Assembly (NCBI GenBank): GCA_035552275.1
Contig: DASZLR010000141.1
Coordinates: 9,186 to 73,185, forward strand
From: Pseudonocardiaceae bacterium
Lineage (GTDB): Bacteria > Actinomycetota > Actinomycetes > Mycobacteriales > Pseudonocardiaceae
Direction of reading: 5' to 3'
Length of the DNA: 64,000 nucleotides
Part shown: one piece after another, positions 17,897-28,000 of the stretch
How positions within the stretch are numbered: position 1 is the stretch's first letter
How the letters are laid out: each line of letters starts with the position of its first letter
The notes under the pieces: model-generated
Database searches by the model: none
What the model was told of the DNA's origin: nothing
The model's input: the letters and a program-made list of their open reading frames with translations, nothing else
Program-made: the position numbers and the translations under genes

Positions 17897-19065
17897 TGCT
17901 GACCCGCGGCACGAAGCTCAGGGTGCTGGCCTTCCTGGTGGTCGGCCTCACCGTGATCGTCTACTTGGGACTGACCTACGCGAACCTGGGCCGGCTGGTC
18001 GGGTTGGCCGGCTACTACGTGGTCAAAATGGACGTTCCGCAGGGCGGCGGCATCTACAGCGACGCCGACGTCACCTACCGGGGCGTCTCGGTCGGCCGAG
18101 TCGGCGCGATCAACCTGACCGCCACCGGCGTCGAGATCGAGCTGGACATCAACAACTCCGCGCCGCAGATCCCCAGCGACCTGAGCGCGGCGGTGGCCGA
18201 CCGGTCCGCGGTCGGCGAGCAGTACGTGGACCTCAAGCCCAACTCGAACTCCGGCCCCTACCTCGCCTCGGGCTCGGTGATCGGCGGCGACCAGACCACC
18301 ATTCCGCCGGGCGTCGACGGCCTGCTCACCAACCTCAACACGCTCACCGCCTCGGTGCCCACCCAGGCGCTGCAGACGGTGATCAACGAGCTGTACAACG
18401 CGACGAACGGGCAGGGTCCGAACCTGCAGAACCTGTTGGACACCAGCAGCCAGTTCGTCCAGGCCGCGGTGCAGAATCTGCCGCAGGGCATCCAGCTCAT
18501 CCAGACCAGCCAGCAGGTGCTGACCACGCAGATCGCCGAGACCAACGCGCTGACCCAGTTCAGCGCCAACGCGGCGCTGATCAACCAGCAGCTGGTGCAG
18601 TCCGACGGCGACATCCGGAAGCTGATCGGCGCGGTCCCGGGCCTGGACGACGCGTTGATCAGCATCCTCAAGGACACCAATCCGCAGTTGAGTGTGCTGA
18701 TCGCCAACCTGCTCACCACATCGGAGGTCACCGTCACCCGGCAGCCGGGTATGCGGACCTTGTTGTCCGATCTGCCTAATGCGGTGTCCGTCGGTTCGGC
18801 GATTGTGCGTAACGGGCAGGCGAATTTCGGTATTGAGCTGACGTTCTTCAATCCGCTGCCGTGCACCGCCGGCTATGGCGGCACGCCGTATCGCAACGGA
18901 CTGGACACCTCGCCGGGCGCGCCGCTGAACACGGGCGCGGCGTGCACCTCGCCGCCACCGGGCGGTGAAGTGCGCGGATCGGCGAACGCTCCGTCCAGCG
19001 GGGTGCCGGCGCCGGCTCAGCCCGGCTCGGTCACGTTGAGTAGCCTGCTCGGACTGCCGAACTGA
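17896..19065 (+). CDS. mceF: Mce-family protein MceF
   Basis: The ATG overlaps the mceE TGA. TM helix plus MCE domain (VTYRGVSVGRVGAI). Last gene of the operon. Confidence 0.9.
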   Translation: MLTRGTKLRVLAFLVVGLTVIVYLGLTYANLGRLVGLAGYYVVKMDVPQGGGIYSDADVTYRGVSVGRVGAINLTATGVEIELDINNSAPQIPSDLSAAVADRSAVGEQYVDLKPNSNSGPYLASGSVIGGDQTTIPPGVDGLLTNLNTLTASVPTQALQTVINELYNATNGQGPNLQNLLDTSSQFVQAAVQNLPQGIQLIQTSQQVLTTQIAETNALTQFSANAALINQQLVQSDGDIRKLIGAVPGLDDALISILKDTNPQLSVLIANLLTTSEVTVTRQPGMRTLLSDLPNAVSVGSAIVRNGQANFGIELTFFNPLPCTAGYGGTPYRNGLDTSPGAPLNTGAACTSPPPGGEVRGSANAPSSGVPAPAQPGSVTLSSLLGLPN

Positions 19066-19080
19066 ACCGGCGAACCGAAC

Positions 19081-19128
19081 TATCATTCGCGCACATTGTT
19101 TTGTCTCGAAATTCGCGCGCGAATGATA
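19081..19128. promoter_or_regulatory. 12-bp perfect inverted repeat between mceF and the lipase gene
   Basis: tatcattcgcgc (19081-19092) and gcgcgaatgata (19117-19128) are separated by 24 nt in an AT-rich intergenic region. It could be the mce terminator or an operator for the lipase gene; there is no U-tract. Confidence 0.35.
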
Positions 19129-19202
19129 ATCGGAGATGCTTCACGATGACGACCTAAAATGCTAATATTCGGCACGACCAGCTAATGGTTTGCGCGAAAT
19201 AA

Positions 19203-20543
19203 ATGAGGAGCAACCGACGGACGATGGGGTCCGTCACGTCAGCGGAGGTCGACGTGCCCAATCTGTTCAGCCGTTCGAGTCGTGGCCGCGCGAGGGTGGT
19301 GTGGTCGCTGGCCGTGGTGCTCGCCATCGGCGCCGCGGTCGGGCTGGTGTCGGCCAGCACGAGCTCGGCGGCTTCGCCGTCGACGCCGGCCATCGCCGCC
19401 GCGTCCACGACGAGCATCCCGCCCGGACCGACCGACGACAGCTTCTACACCCCGCCCTCGCCGCTGCCGACCGGCAACCCCGGCGACATCATCCGGTGGC
19501 GCCCGGCCACGGCTGGTCCGACGAGCTTCCAGGGCACGGTCAACGCCTGGAACGTGATGTACCTGTCCACCGACGCGAACGGCAAGCCGGACGCGGTCAC
19601 CGGCACCGTCCTCACGCCCAAGAACGGCACGCCCGCGTCCGAGCCGATCATCGGCTTCGCGCCCGGCACCCAGGGCATGGCGTTCCAGTGCGCTCCGTCG
19701 AAGTACCTGGCCAGGGACGGCTTCTACGAGCAGCCGGCGCTGGACGACTTCATCAACAACGGCTACGCGGTCGCCATCACCGACTACGAGGGCTACCAGC
19801 AGACGCCCAAGGCCACCTACATCACCGGCAAGTCCGAGGGCCCGGCGCTGATCGACGCGGTGCGCGCGGCGCAGAACCTCAGCCAGGCCAGCCTGTCCGC
19901 CACGGCCAAGGTCATCTTCCGCGGCTACTCGCAGGGCGGCGGCGCGGCGATGTGGGCCGGCCAGCTGCAGCCGACCTACGCGCCCCAGCTGAACCTGGTC
20001 GGCGTGGCCGGCGGCGGCGTGCCGGCCGACCTGGTGTCGGTCTCGCTGGCGCTGAACAACGCCAAGGGCTTCGGCTTCCTGATGGCCGCGCTGATCGGTC
20101 TGGACAACGCCTACAACCTGGGCCTGAACAACGACCTCAACTCGGCCGGGCAGGCGGCGGTCAAGGAGCTGACCACCAACGACTGCCTGTACGAGCTGAT
20201 CACCAACTTCGCCGGCAAGAACATCAACACCTACTTCAGCACGAACCCGCTGGGCAGCGCGGCGTTCTCCACCGCCTACTCGACGAACAAGCTGGGCAGC
20301 ACGCCGCCCAAGGTGCCGGTCTACGACTACGGCGGCACCAACGACCAGTTCGTCGCCTACCCGCAGCAGCTGACCCTGGCGCACACCTACTGCTCCGCGG
20401 GCGTGAACCTGACCTGGAAGGACTATCCGTCCGACCACATCGGCCTGATCTACAACGGCAACGCGGACGCGCTGGCCTGGATCAAGGGCGTGCTGGCCGG
20501 CCAGACACCGGCGTCCAACTGCTCGTCCCTGCCCACCTCCTGA
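19203..20543 (+). CDS. Secreted lipase (LIP / secretory lipase family, alpha/beta hydrolase)
   Basis: Signal peptide (VVWSLAVVLAIGAAVGLVSASTSSA). Nucleophile elbow GYSQGG inside FRGYSQGGGAAMWAG. Overall resemblance to actinobacterial secretory lipases. The start codon is uncertain; alternatives include ATG 19224. Confidence 0.75.
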   Translation: MRSNRRTMGSVTSAEVDVPNLFSRSSRGRARVVWSLAVVLAIGAAVGLVSASTSSAASPSTPAIAAASTTSIPPGPTDDSFYTPPSPLPTGNPGDIIRWRPATAGPTSFQGTVNAWNVMYLSTDANGKPDAVTGTVLTPKNGTPASEPIIGFAPGTQGMAFQCAPSKYLARDGFYEQPALDDFINNGYAVAITDYEGYQQTPKATYITGKSEGPALIDAVRAAQNLSQASLSATAKVIFRGYSQGGGAAMWAGQLQPTYAPQLNLVGVAGGGVPADLVSVSLALNNAKGFGFLMAALIGLDNAYNLGLNNDLNSAGQAAVKELTTNDCLYELITNFAGKNINTYFSTNPLGSAAFSTAYSTNKLGSTPPKVPVYDYGGTNDQFVAYPQQLTLAHTYCSAGVNLTWKDYPSDHIGLIYNGNADALAWIKGVLAGQTPASNCSSLPTS

Positions 20544-20604
20544 CCCCGGGCGCCTCCTGATGGGGGATACCCCGCGTAGCCCAACCGGGTGAGGATCGAC
20601 TACT

Positions 20605-20644
20605 GTGTGGCCGGCTTCGGCATCGTCGCCGAAGCCGGCCACAC
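20605..20644 (+). terminator. Strong hairpin after the lipase gene
   Basis: Perfect 17-bp stem gtgtggccggcttcggc / gccgaagccggccacac with a 6-nt loop, 60 nt after the stop. The U-tract is weak. Confidence 0.7.
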
Positions 20645-21179
20645 CTGTCTCGCAGACCCATTCGCGGCGATTTCCGACGCTGTCGAGCGCGCTGTCCGGG
20701 CGCATGTGTGACCTTCCCCGAGCCCGTTCGCGGCCAGTTCGCGCGCCGTTGTGGACGGCCTTCGTGATATTGCGCTGCCTGCATTGTGCGCGGCATTTCC
20801 GTACTCGTAGGTAACTTTCTGAAACTGATCGTTAACGCGGAGTTTCGCCGCCTGTTCAGGATCGGCTCTGGCCTGCGCGAACCCCGCACGGTGGGATGTT
20901 TTGTCACGGGGTTGTCAAGCATTTGGGTGGGACTTGGCACCGTCCAACAGCCGGTCGCCGTTTGGCCTGTTAGGCCGGCCACAAGGCAGCCGGCGGCCGG
21001 CACTCATCCGTGGATAGCCAGCTCAGCCGCTACGCTCTTCCACATACCAACTTCACCCGTCTGGCTTGACTACGAGTGACGGCTTGACATACGGTCACTC
21101 ACCGGATACGTCCAGCCTGCCACAATTCTCCGCCGTTGCCCCGGCAATGCAGCGTGGCACTGTCCCAGCCGGAGGGTTC

Positions 21180-22010
21180 ATGAGAATAGAAGGTAAGTCA
21201 GTTCTCATCACCGGCGCTGGTCATGGAATTGGCGCCGCGCTCGCCCTGCGGCTGGCCGCCGAGAAGCCCCGCGGGATTGTCGTTTCGGACATCGACGAGC
21301 CGGCCGCCAAGGAGGTCGCCGAGCTGGTCTGCCAGCAGGGCGTGCCGGGCGTCGGAGTACGCGCGGACGTGTCATCGGCCGACGAGGTGACCGAACTCAT
21401 CGCCACTACGGAGCGTGAGATCGGCCCGCTGGACGTGATCTGCTCCAACGCCGGGATCTCGACCGCCAAGGGCCTGTTCGCCACCCCCGCCGACTGGGAG
21501 CGCGCCTGGGGCGTGAACGTCGCCGCGCACATCCATCTCGCCCAGGCGGCGCTGCCCGGCATGGTGCGCCGGAAGGAGGGCTACTTCCTGATCACCGCGT
21601 CCGCCGTCGGTCTGCTCGGCCTCCAGGGCGACGCGCCCTATTCGGTGAGCAAGCACGCGGCCGTCGGCTTCGCCGAGTGGCTGGCCTTCACCTACCGGCC
21701 GCGCGGCATCCGGGTCAGCGCGCTCTGCCCGCTGGGCGTCCGCACCGGGCTGCTGATGCCGGCGGTGGAGAGCGGCCACGCCGCCGGCGCCGCGATCGCC
21801 GACGCCGGCCGGATCATGGAACCGGCCGAGGTGGCCGAGGTGGTTGTCCAGGGTTTCGCCGACGAACGGTTCCTGATTCTGCCGCACCCTGAGGTCGCCG
21901 AGATGCACGCACGTAAAGTGGCCGACCCCGACGCCTGGATCGCCGAACAGGCGGCGGCGGGCAGTCGGCACAGTCGGCAGAGCCGGCAGAGTTTGCGCGA
22001 CCGGCGCTGA
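21180..22010 (+). CDS. Short-chain dehydrogenase/reductase (SDR)
   Basis: The ATG at 21180 is preceded by ggaggg. Rossmann motif VLITGAGHGIGAA. Catalytic region YSVSKHAAVG (YxxxK). The track ORF start at 21066 is upstream of the RBS. Confidence 0.85.
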   Translation: MRIEGKSVLITGAGHGIGAALALRLAAEKPRGIVVSDIDEPAAKEVAELVCQQGVPGVGVRADVSSADEVTELIATTEREIGPLDVICSNAGISTAKGLFATPADWERAWGVNVAAHIHLAQAALPGMVRRKEGYFLITASAVGLLGLQGDAPYSVSKHAAVGFAEWLAFTYRPRGIRVSALCPLGVRTGLLMPAVESGHAAGAAIADAGRIMEPAEVAEVVVQGFADERFLILPHPEVAEMHARKVADPDAWIAEQAAAGSRHSRQSRQSLRDRR

Positions 22011-22063
22011 CTCGCGGCCGTGCCCAAGCCGACCAGACCCGAGATCGATCGAAGTGAGGACCG

Positions 22064-25000
22064 ATGAGTGCACGTCCCCAGGGGGCAGACCTGGTCATCG
22101 GCATCACCCCATTGGGTGAGCCGAGTGCCCGGCTCTGCGCGGCCGTGGACGGGGCCGGCGGAATCGGTGTGCTCGATCTCGGCGCGGGCGACCGGCGGGC
22201 CCGCGAGGAGCTCGCGCTGGCGCTGCGCTGGTCGGCCGGCCCGATCGCGGTCCGGGTGGCCCGAGGCTGCGCGCTGCGGCACGCCGACCTGCGCGAGCTG
22301 CTGGGCGCGGACGCGGACCGGATCGACACCGTCGTGCTCGGCTGGCATGCACCCTGGCAGGTACGCGAGCTGCCCGGCCGGGTGCTGGTCGAGGTCACCT
22401 CGCGGGCCGAGGCGGTCCGCGCGGTCCGCGCCGGCGCGCACGGCCTGATCGCCCGGGGCAGCGAGGCCGGCGGCCGGGTCGGCGAGCTCAGCTCGTTCGT
22501 GCTGGCCCAGCACCTGCTCACCGATCCCGAGCTGCGCGAGACGCCGGTGTGGCTGGCCGGCGGCATCGGCCCGCACACCGCCGCCGCCGCGGTGATCGGC
22601 GGAGCCGCCGGGGTCGTGCTGGACACCCAGCTCGCGCTGCTGGCCGAATCCGACCTGCGGCCCGAGGTCGCCGCCGCGCTGGCCGCCAGCGACGGCTCGG
22701 ACACCGCCATCGTGCACGGCCACCGGGTGCTGGCCACCCAGGGCGGTCCGCGCGGGAACGCCGCCGCCGATCTCGCGTCGGTGCCGATGACCGACGTCGA
22801 GATGGCCGACCTGATCGGCGGCCGGGACCTGGCCACCCGGCTGCTGCCGGTCGGCCAGGACGCCTTCCTGGCCACCCGGTTCGCCGAGGAGTTCGGCACC
22901 GCCGCCCGCGCGGTGCGATCGCTGCGCCGGTCGATCACCGACGCGCTGGCCGCCGACGAGCACCCGGTGCTCGCGCCCGGCTCGGCGCTGGCCCGCGCGC
23001 TGGGCACCGACCTGCCGGTCGCGCAGGGGCCGATGACCAGGGTCAGCGACCTGGCCGGCTTCGCGGCGGCCGTCGCCGAGCAGGGGGCACTGCCGTTCGT
23101 CGCGCTCGCGCTGGCCACCGGCGAGCAGACCCGGAAACTCTTGGCGGAGACCCGAGCCACGCTCGGCGCCAGACCATGGGGTGTCGGCGTGCTCGGCTTC
23201 GCGTCCGAGGACATCCGCAAGGCCCAGCTGGAGGTGATCCGCGAGCTGCGGCCCAGCGTCGCGCTCATCGCCGGCGGCAACCCGGCCCAGGCCGCCGCGC
23301 TGGAGTCGGTGGGCATCTCCACCTTCATCCACGTCGCCTCGCCCAACCTGCTGCGCCAGTTCCTGGACGCCGGCGCGCGGAAGTTCGTCTTCGAGGGCGC
23401 CGAATGCGGCGGGCACGTCGGCCCACGGTCCAGCTTCGCGCTGTGGGAGTGCCAGCTGGGCGTGCTCGCCGAGCACCTGGACGACGGCCGGCCCGCCGAC
23501 GGTCTGCAGGTGTTGTTCGCCGGCGGCATCCACGACGAGCGGTCCGCGGCCATGGTCGCGGCCGCCGCCGAGCCGCTGTCCCGGCGTGGCGCGTCGATCG
23601 GCGTGCTGATGGGCACCGGCTACCTGTTCACCGAGGAGGCCGTCGCGCACGGCGCGGTGCAACCGCTGTTCCAGCGGCAGGTGCTGGCCGCCGACGGCAC
23701 CGCGCTGCTGGAGACCGCGCCCGGCCACGCCACCCGCTGCCTGCCCTCGCCGTTCGTGGACACCTTCCAGTCGATCAGCGCTGAACTGGCCGAGCAGGGC
23801 GTGCCGAAGCGCGACGCCTGGGAGAAGCTTGAGCAGCTCAACGTCGGTCGACTGCGCATCGCCAGCAAGGGCATCCGGCGCGAGGGCGCCGAGCTGATCG
23901 AGGTCGGCGAGGACGACCAACTCGCCGAGGGCATGTTCATGGCCGGCCAGGTGGTGGCGCTGCGCTCCCAGGTGACCACCGTGGCCAAGCTGCACGAGGA
24001 CGTCACCAGCGGCGCCGAGCGGTTCCGCGCGGAGCGGATCACCGCGCTGCGGGCCGAACTGGGGCTGACGCGGCCTCAAGATGAAGACCGCGCTGAGCAA
24101 CCAGCCCCGGTGGACGTGGCGATCATCGGCATGGCCTGTGTCTATCCCGGTGCGCCGGATCTGGCCAGCTTCTGGGCCAACATCATCGGCAAGGTGGACT
24201 CGATCACCGAGGTGCCCGCGGACCGCTGGGACACCGACATCTACTACTCCGCCGAGGGCGCCAAGGGCGGCAACAAAGCGGCCGGCGAACGCAGTCGGTC
24301 GAAGTGGGGCGGCTTCCTGGACCAGATCCCGTTCGACGCGCTGCGCTACGGCGTCCCGCCGTCCACGCTGACCGCGATCGAGCCGGTTCAGCTGCTGGCG
24401 CTGGAGATCGCGCACCGCGCGCTGGTCGACTCGGGCTACGCCGATCGCGACGACTTCGACCGGGAGCGGGTCGGCGTGGTGTTCGGCGCCGAGGCCGGCA
24501 GCGATCTGCTCAACACCGGCACCATGCGGATGATGCTGCCGTCCTACCTGGGATCCCTGCCCAAGGAACTGGACGAGCAGCTGCCGAAGGTCACCGAGGA
24601 CACCTTCGCCGGCCAACTGTCCAATGTGATCTCCGGCCGGATCGCCAACCGGCTGGACTTCGGCGGCGCCAGCTACTCCGTCGACGCCGCCTGCGGATCC
24701 TCGCTGGCCGCGCTGGACTCGGCCTGCAAGGACCTGGTCTCCGGGCACGCCGACATGGTCATGTGCGGCGGCGCCGACCTGCACAACGCGGCCAACGACT
24801 TCCTGCTGTTCTCCTCGGTCGGCGCGCTGTCGCCGACCGGCAAGTGCCGGACCTTCGACTCCGCCGCCGACGGCATCGCGCTCGGCGAGGGCGTGGCCTG
24901 CGTGGTGCTCAAGCGGCTGGCCGACGCCGAACGCGACGGCGACCGGATCTACGGCGTCATCGAGGGCGTCGGCAGCGGCAGCGACGGCCGGTCGCTGGGC

Positions 25001-28000
25001 CTCACCGCGCCGCGCCCGGAGGGCCAGCGCCGCGCGTTGGAGCGGGCCTACCAGCGGGCCGGCATCTCGCCGGCCGAGGTCGGGCTGATCGAGGCGCACG
25101 GCACCGGCACCGTCGTCGGCGACCGCACCGAACTGTCCACTTTGGAAGCTGTGTTCGGCGAGGCGGACGTGCCGGCCGGCAGCTGCGTGGTCGGCTCGGT
25201 GAAATCGCAGATCGGACACACCAAGTGCGCCGCCGGGATGGCCGGGCTGATCAAGGCGGCGATGGCCGTGCACACCGGGGTCAAGCCGCCGACGCTGCAC
25301 GTCGACCGGCCCAACCCGGCCTGGCAGGCCGACACCAGCCCGTTCGCCTTCCACAGCGACCCGGCGCCGTGGCTGGTCCCGCCGGCGCAGCGGATCGCCG
25401 GGGTGAGCGCGTTCGGCTTCGGCGGCACCAACTTCCACGCGGTGCTGCGCGGCCACCGGTCCGCCGAGCTGACCCGGCACGGCCTGGCGCAGTGGCCGGT
25501 CGAGCTGTTCACCTTCCGCGGCGTGGACCAGGCGAGCGCCGTCCGCGAGGTGGAGTGGCTGCGCGACCTGACCGCGGTCAACGACGCGCACGGCCGGCCG
25601 TGGACGCTGCGCGACCTGGCCCGCAGCACCGCGCTGCGCGCCGACCGGGGCCGGGCCGCCGTGCGGATCGCCTTGGTGGCCACCGATCTGGACAACCTCG
25701 CCGAGCTGCTGTCCGCCGCGCCGACCAGCACCGGCGACCCGGCTCGGGGCCTGTTCGTGGCAGGCGAATCGGCCGAACCCGGCAAGCTGGCCGTGCTGTT
25801 CCCCGGCCAGGGCAGCCAGAAGCCGGGGATGCTCGCCGAACTGTTCGTCGCCTTCCCGGAGATCCGCCGGCACGCCCGGTCCACTGCGGACCGAGCCGAG
25901 ATCACCGCCGCGATGTTCCCGCCGGCCGTCTTCGACGCCGACGCCCGCCGCGCCGCCGAGGACCGGCTGCGGGACACCGCGATCGCGCAGCCGGCACTGG
26001 GCATCGCCGGTCTCGCGGTGCACCACCTGCTGGGCCGGCTCGGGGTGACGCCGGACCTGGTGGCCGGGCACAGCTACGGCGAGTTGGTCGCGTTGGCCGC
26101 CGCCGGCGCGATCGACCCGGACACCCTGCTGGATCTGAGCGCCGCCCGTGCGAAGTCCATTCTGGACAGTGTGGACAGCGCTGGTGGCGACCCGGGCGCG
26201 ATGGCCGCGGTCGCCGCCGGGCCGGCTGAAGTGGCCCGGATTCTCGCCGAGGCCGGGTTGGCCGACGAAGTCGTGCCGGCCAACCAGAACAGTCCCCGGC
26301 AGACCGTCATCGCCGGCCCGACCGACCGGCTCGACATCGCGCTGGACGCGCTGCGGGCCGCCGGACTGGCCGGCAAGAAACTGCCGGTGGCGTGCGCGTT
26401 CCACAGCCCGGTGGTCGGCGGCGCGGGGGAGCGGTTCGCCGCCGTGCTCGCCGAGCAGGAGATCGCCGCGCCGGAGATTCCGGTGTGGGCCAACCGAACC
26501 GCCGCCGTCTACCGGGCCGAACCGGCCGCCGTGCGGGCCGAACTGGCCGCGCAGATCGGCGCGCCGGTGCGGTTCGTGGACCAGATCGAGGCGATGCACG
26601 CCGACGGCGCCCGGATCTTCCTGGAGGCCGGTCCCGGACGGGTGCTCGGCGGCCTGGTCGACGCCATCCTCGGCGACCGCCCGCACACCACGGTCAGCTG
26701 TGACGGGGGGCTGCGCGGTTTCCTCACCGCCGTCGCCCGGCTCGCCGTGGCCGGAGTCGATCTGCGCACCGGCTGGCTCACCACCGGCCGGGACGCCACC
26801 GACGTCAGCCGCGCCACCCCGTCCCGACGGCCGGGCTGGACCGTCGACGGCCAGACCGTGCGCACCGCGGACGGCAACTACCTGCCCGGCGGTCTCGCGC
26901 CGGCTCGACGTGTGGAGGTGACGATGCCGGGCAGTTCGGTTCCCGCCGGCCAGTCGAGCGGACAGTCCGGGCCGGCGCCGTCCGAGCGCGAGGCGCTGAT
27001 CGCCGAGTACCTGCGGGCCAGCCGTGAGATGGTGGCGGCGCAGCGGGACGTGATGCTCAGCTTCCTCGGCGCGGCGCCCAACCCGGCCGCCCCGGCGCCG
27101 CTGCCGGCGGCGCGGCCCGAACCGCTGCCGACCCAGGTCGCGCCGTCCACACCGGACACCCAGGCCACGCGGCCGACCCCGCCCACACCGGCGCCGACAG
27201 CTCCCGAACCGGCCCGAACACCGACGCCCGATCCCGAACCTGTCGACGCGATGTCGATGGTGGTCGGGCTGATCGCGGAGCGGACCGGCTACCCGGCCGA
27301 GATGATCGAGCCCGATCTCGACCTGGAAGCCGACCTGTCCGTCGACTCGATCAAACGCACCGAGATCGCCGGGGAACTGGCGAGCCGGCTTGGACTGGAC
27401 GGCGCCGACGAGCGGTTCGACGACCTGGTCCGGATGCGCACCACCCAGGCGATGGCCGACTGGATCGACACGCTGGCCGGCGGCGCGCCCGCCGAATCCG
27501 CGGCGCCGGCCGAACCGCCCGGCGAGTCCACTGTGGTCGTTGAACCGGTGCCCGCGCCGGCCGGCGTCGCCGGTGGCCCGGACCTGACCGGCGAGCCGCC
27601 GCAGCGGTTCGTCTGGCGGTTGGCCGAAGCCGACGGCACGCCCGGCGATCCGGCGGTCTTCACCGGCTCCCGGATCGTGCTGGCCGGCGGCGAACCCACC
27701 GTCGTGGAGGCGCTGTCCTCACTGCTGCGCGCGCACGGCGCCCGGGTGACCGCGATCAGCGCGGCCAGCGGGCGCGCCGAGATCGCCGGCCCGGTGGACG
27801 GCCTGGTGTTCCTGGACGCCCTGTGCGCTGCGGACGAACCGGTGCTGCCGGCCGCGTTCGGCCTGTTCCGCGCGGCGCTGCGGCACCAGCCGCGCTGGCT
27901 GCTCGCGGTCGCGCCCAGTACCGACGGCCGGCCCGAGTCGAGCTCGGCGGGGCTGCGCGGGCTGTTCCGCAGCATGGCGCTGGAATATCCGGACTCGATG

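Noticed and set aside
21061-21113. Direct repeat ggcttgac x2 with an embedded TTGACA and a GTGAC...GTCAC inverted repeat, as the promoter/operator of the PKS operon
   Set aside because: TTGACA (21085-21090) is a perfect -35 box, but the best -10 at the 17-nt spacing is TACGTC, which is poor. The evidence is too weak to list as a feature.
21692-26686. A 1664-aa minus-strand ORF, and similar long overlapping ORFs (for example 4592-6088 -, 9331-10698 -, 19239-20705 -, 22549-23784 +, 24304-26229 +, 27719-29329 -, 29046-30638 -, 30166-31869 -, 32634-34190 -, 44982-46466 +, 46691-48121 -, 49831-51810 +, 51005-55012 +, 54534-56261 -, 56834-58582 +, 58455-59954 +)
   Set aside because: Their translations are Arg/Gly/Pro/Ala-rich low-complexity strings with no recognisable motifs. 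Such ORFs are typical stop-codon-poor alternative frames in 70% GC DNA. Each overlaps a gene with clear catalytic motifs and high GC3 in the other frame or strand.
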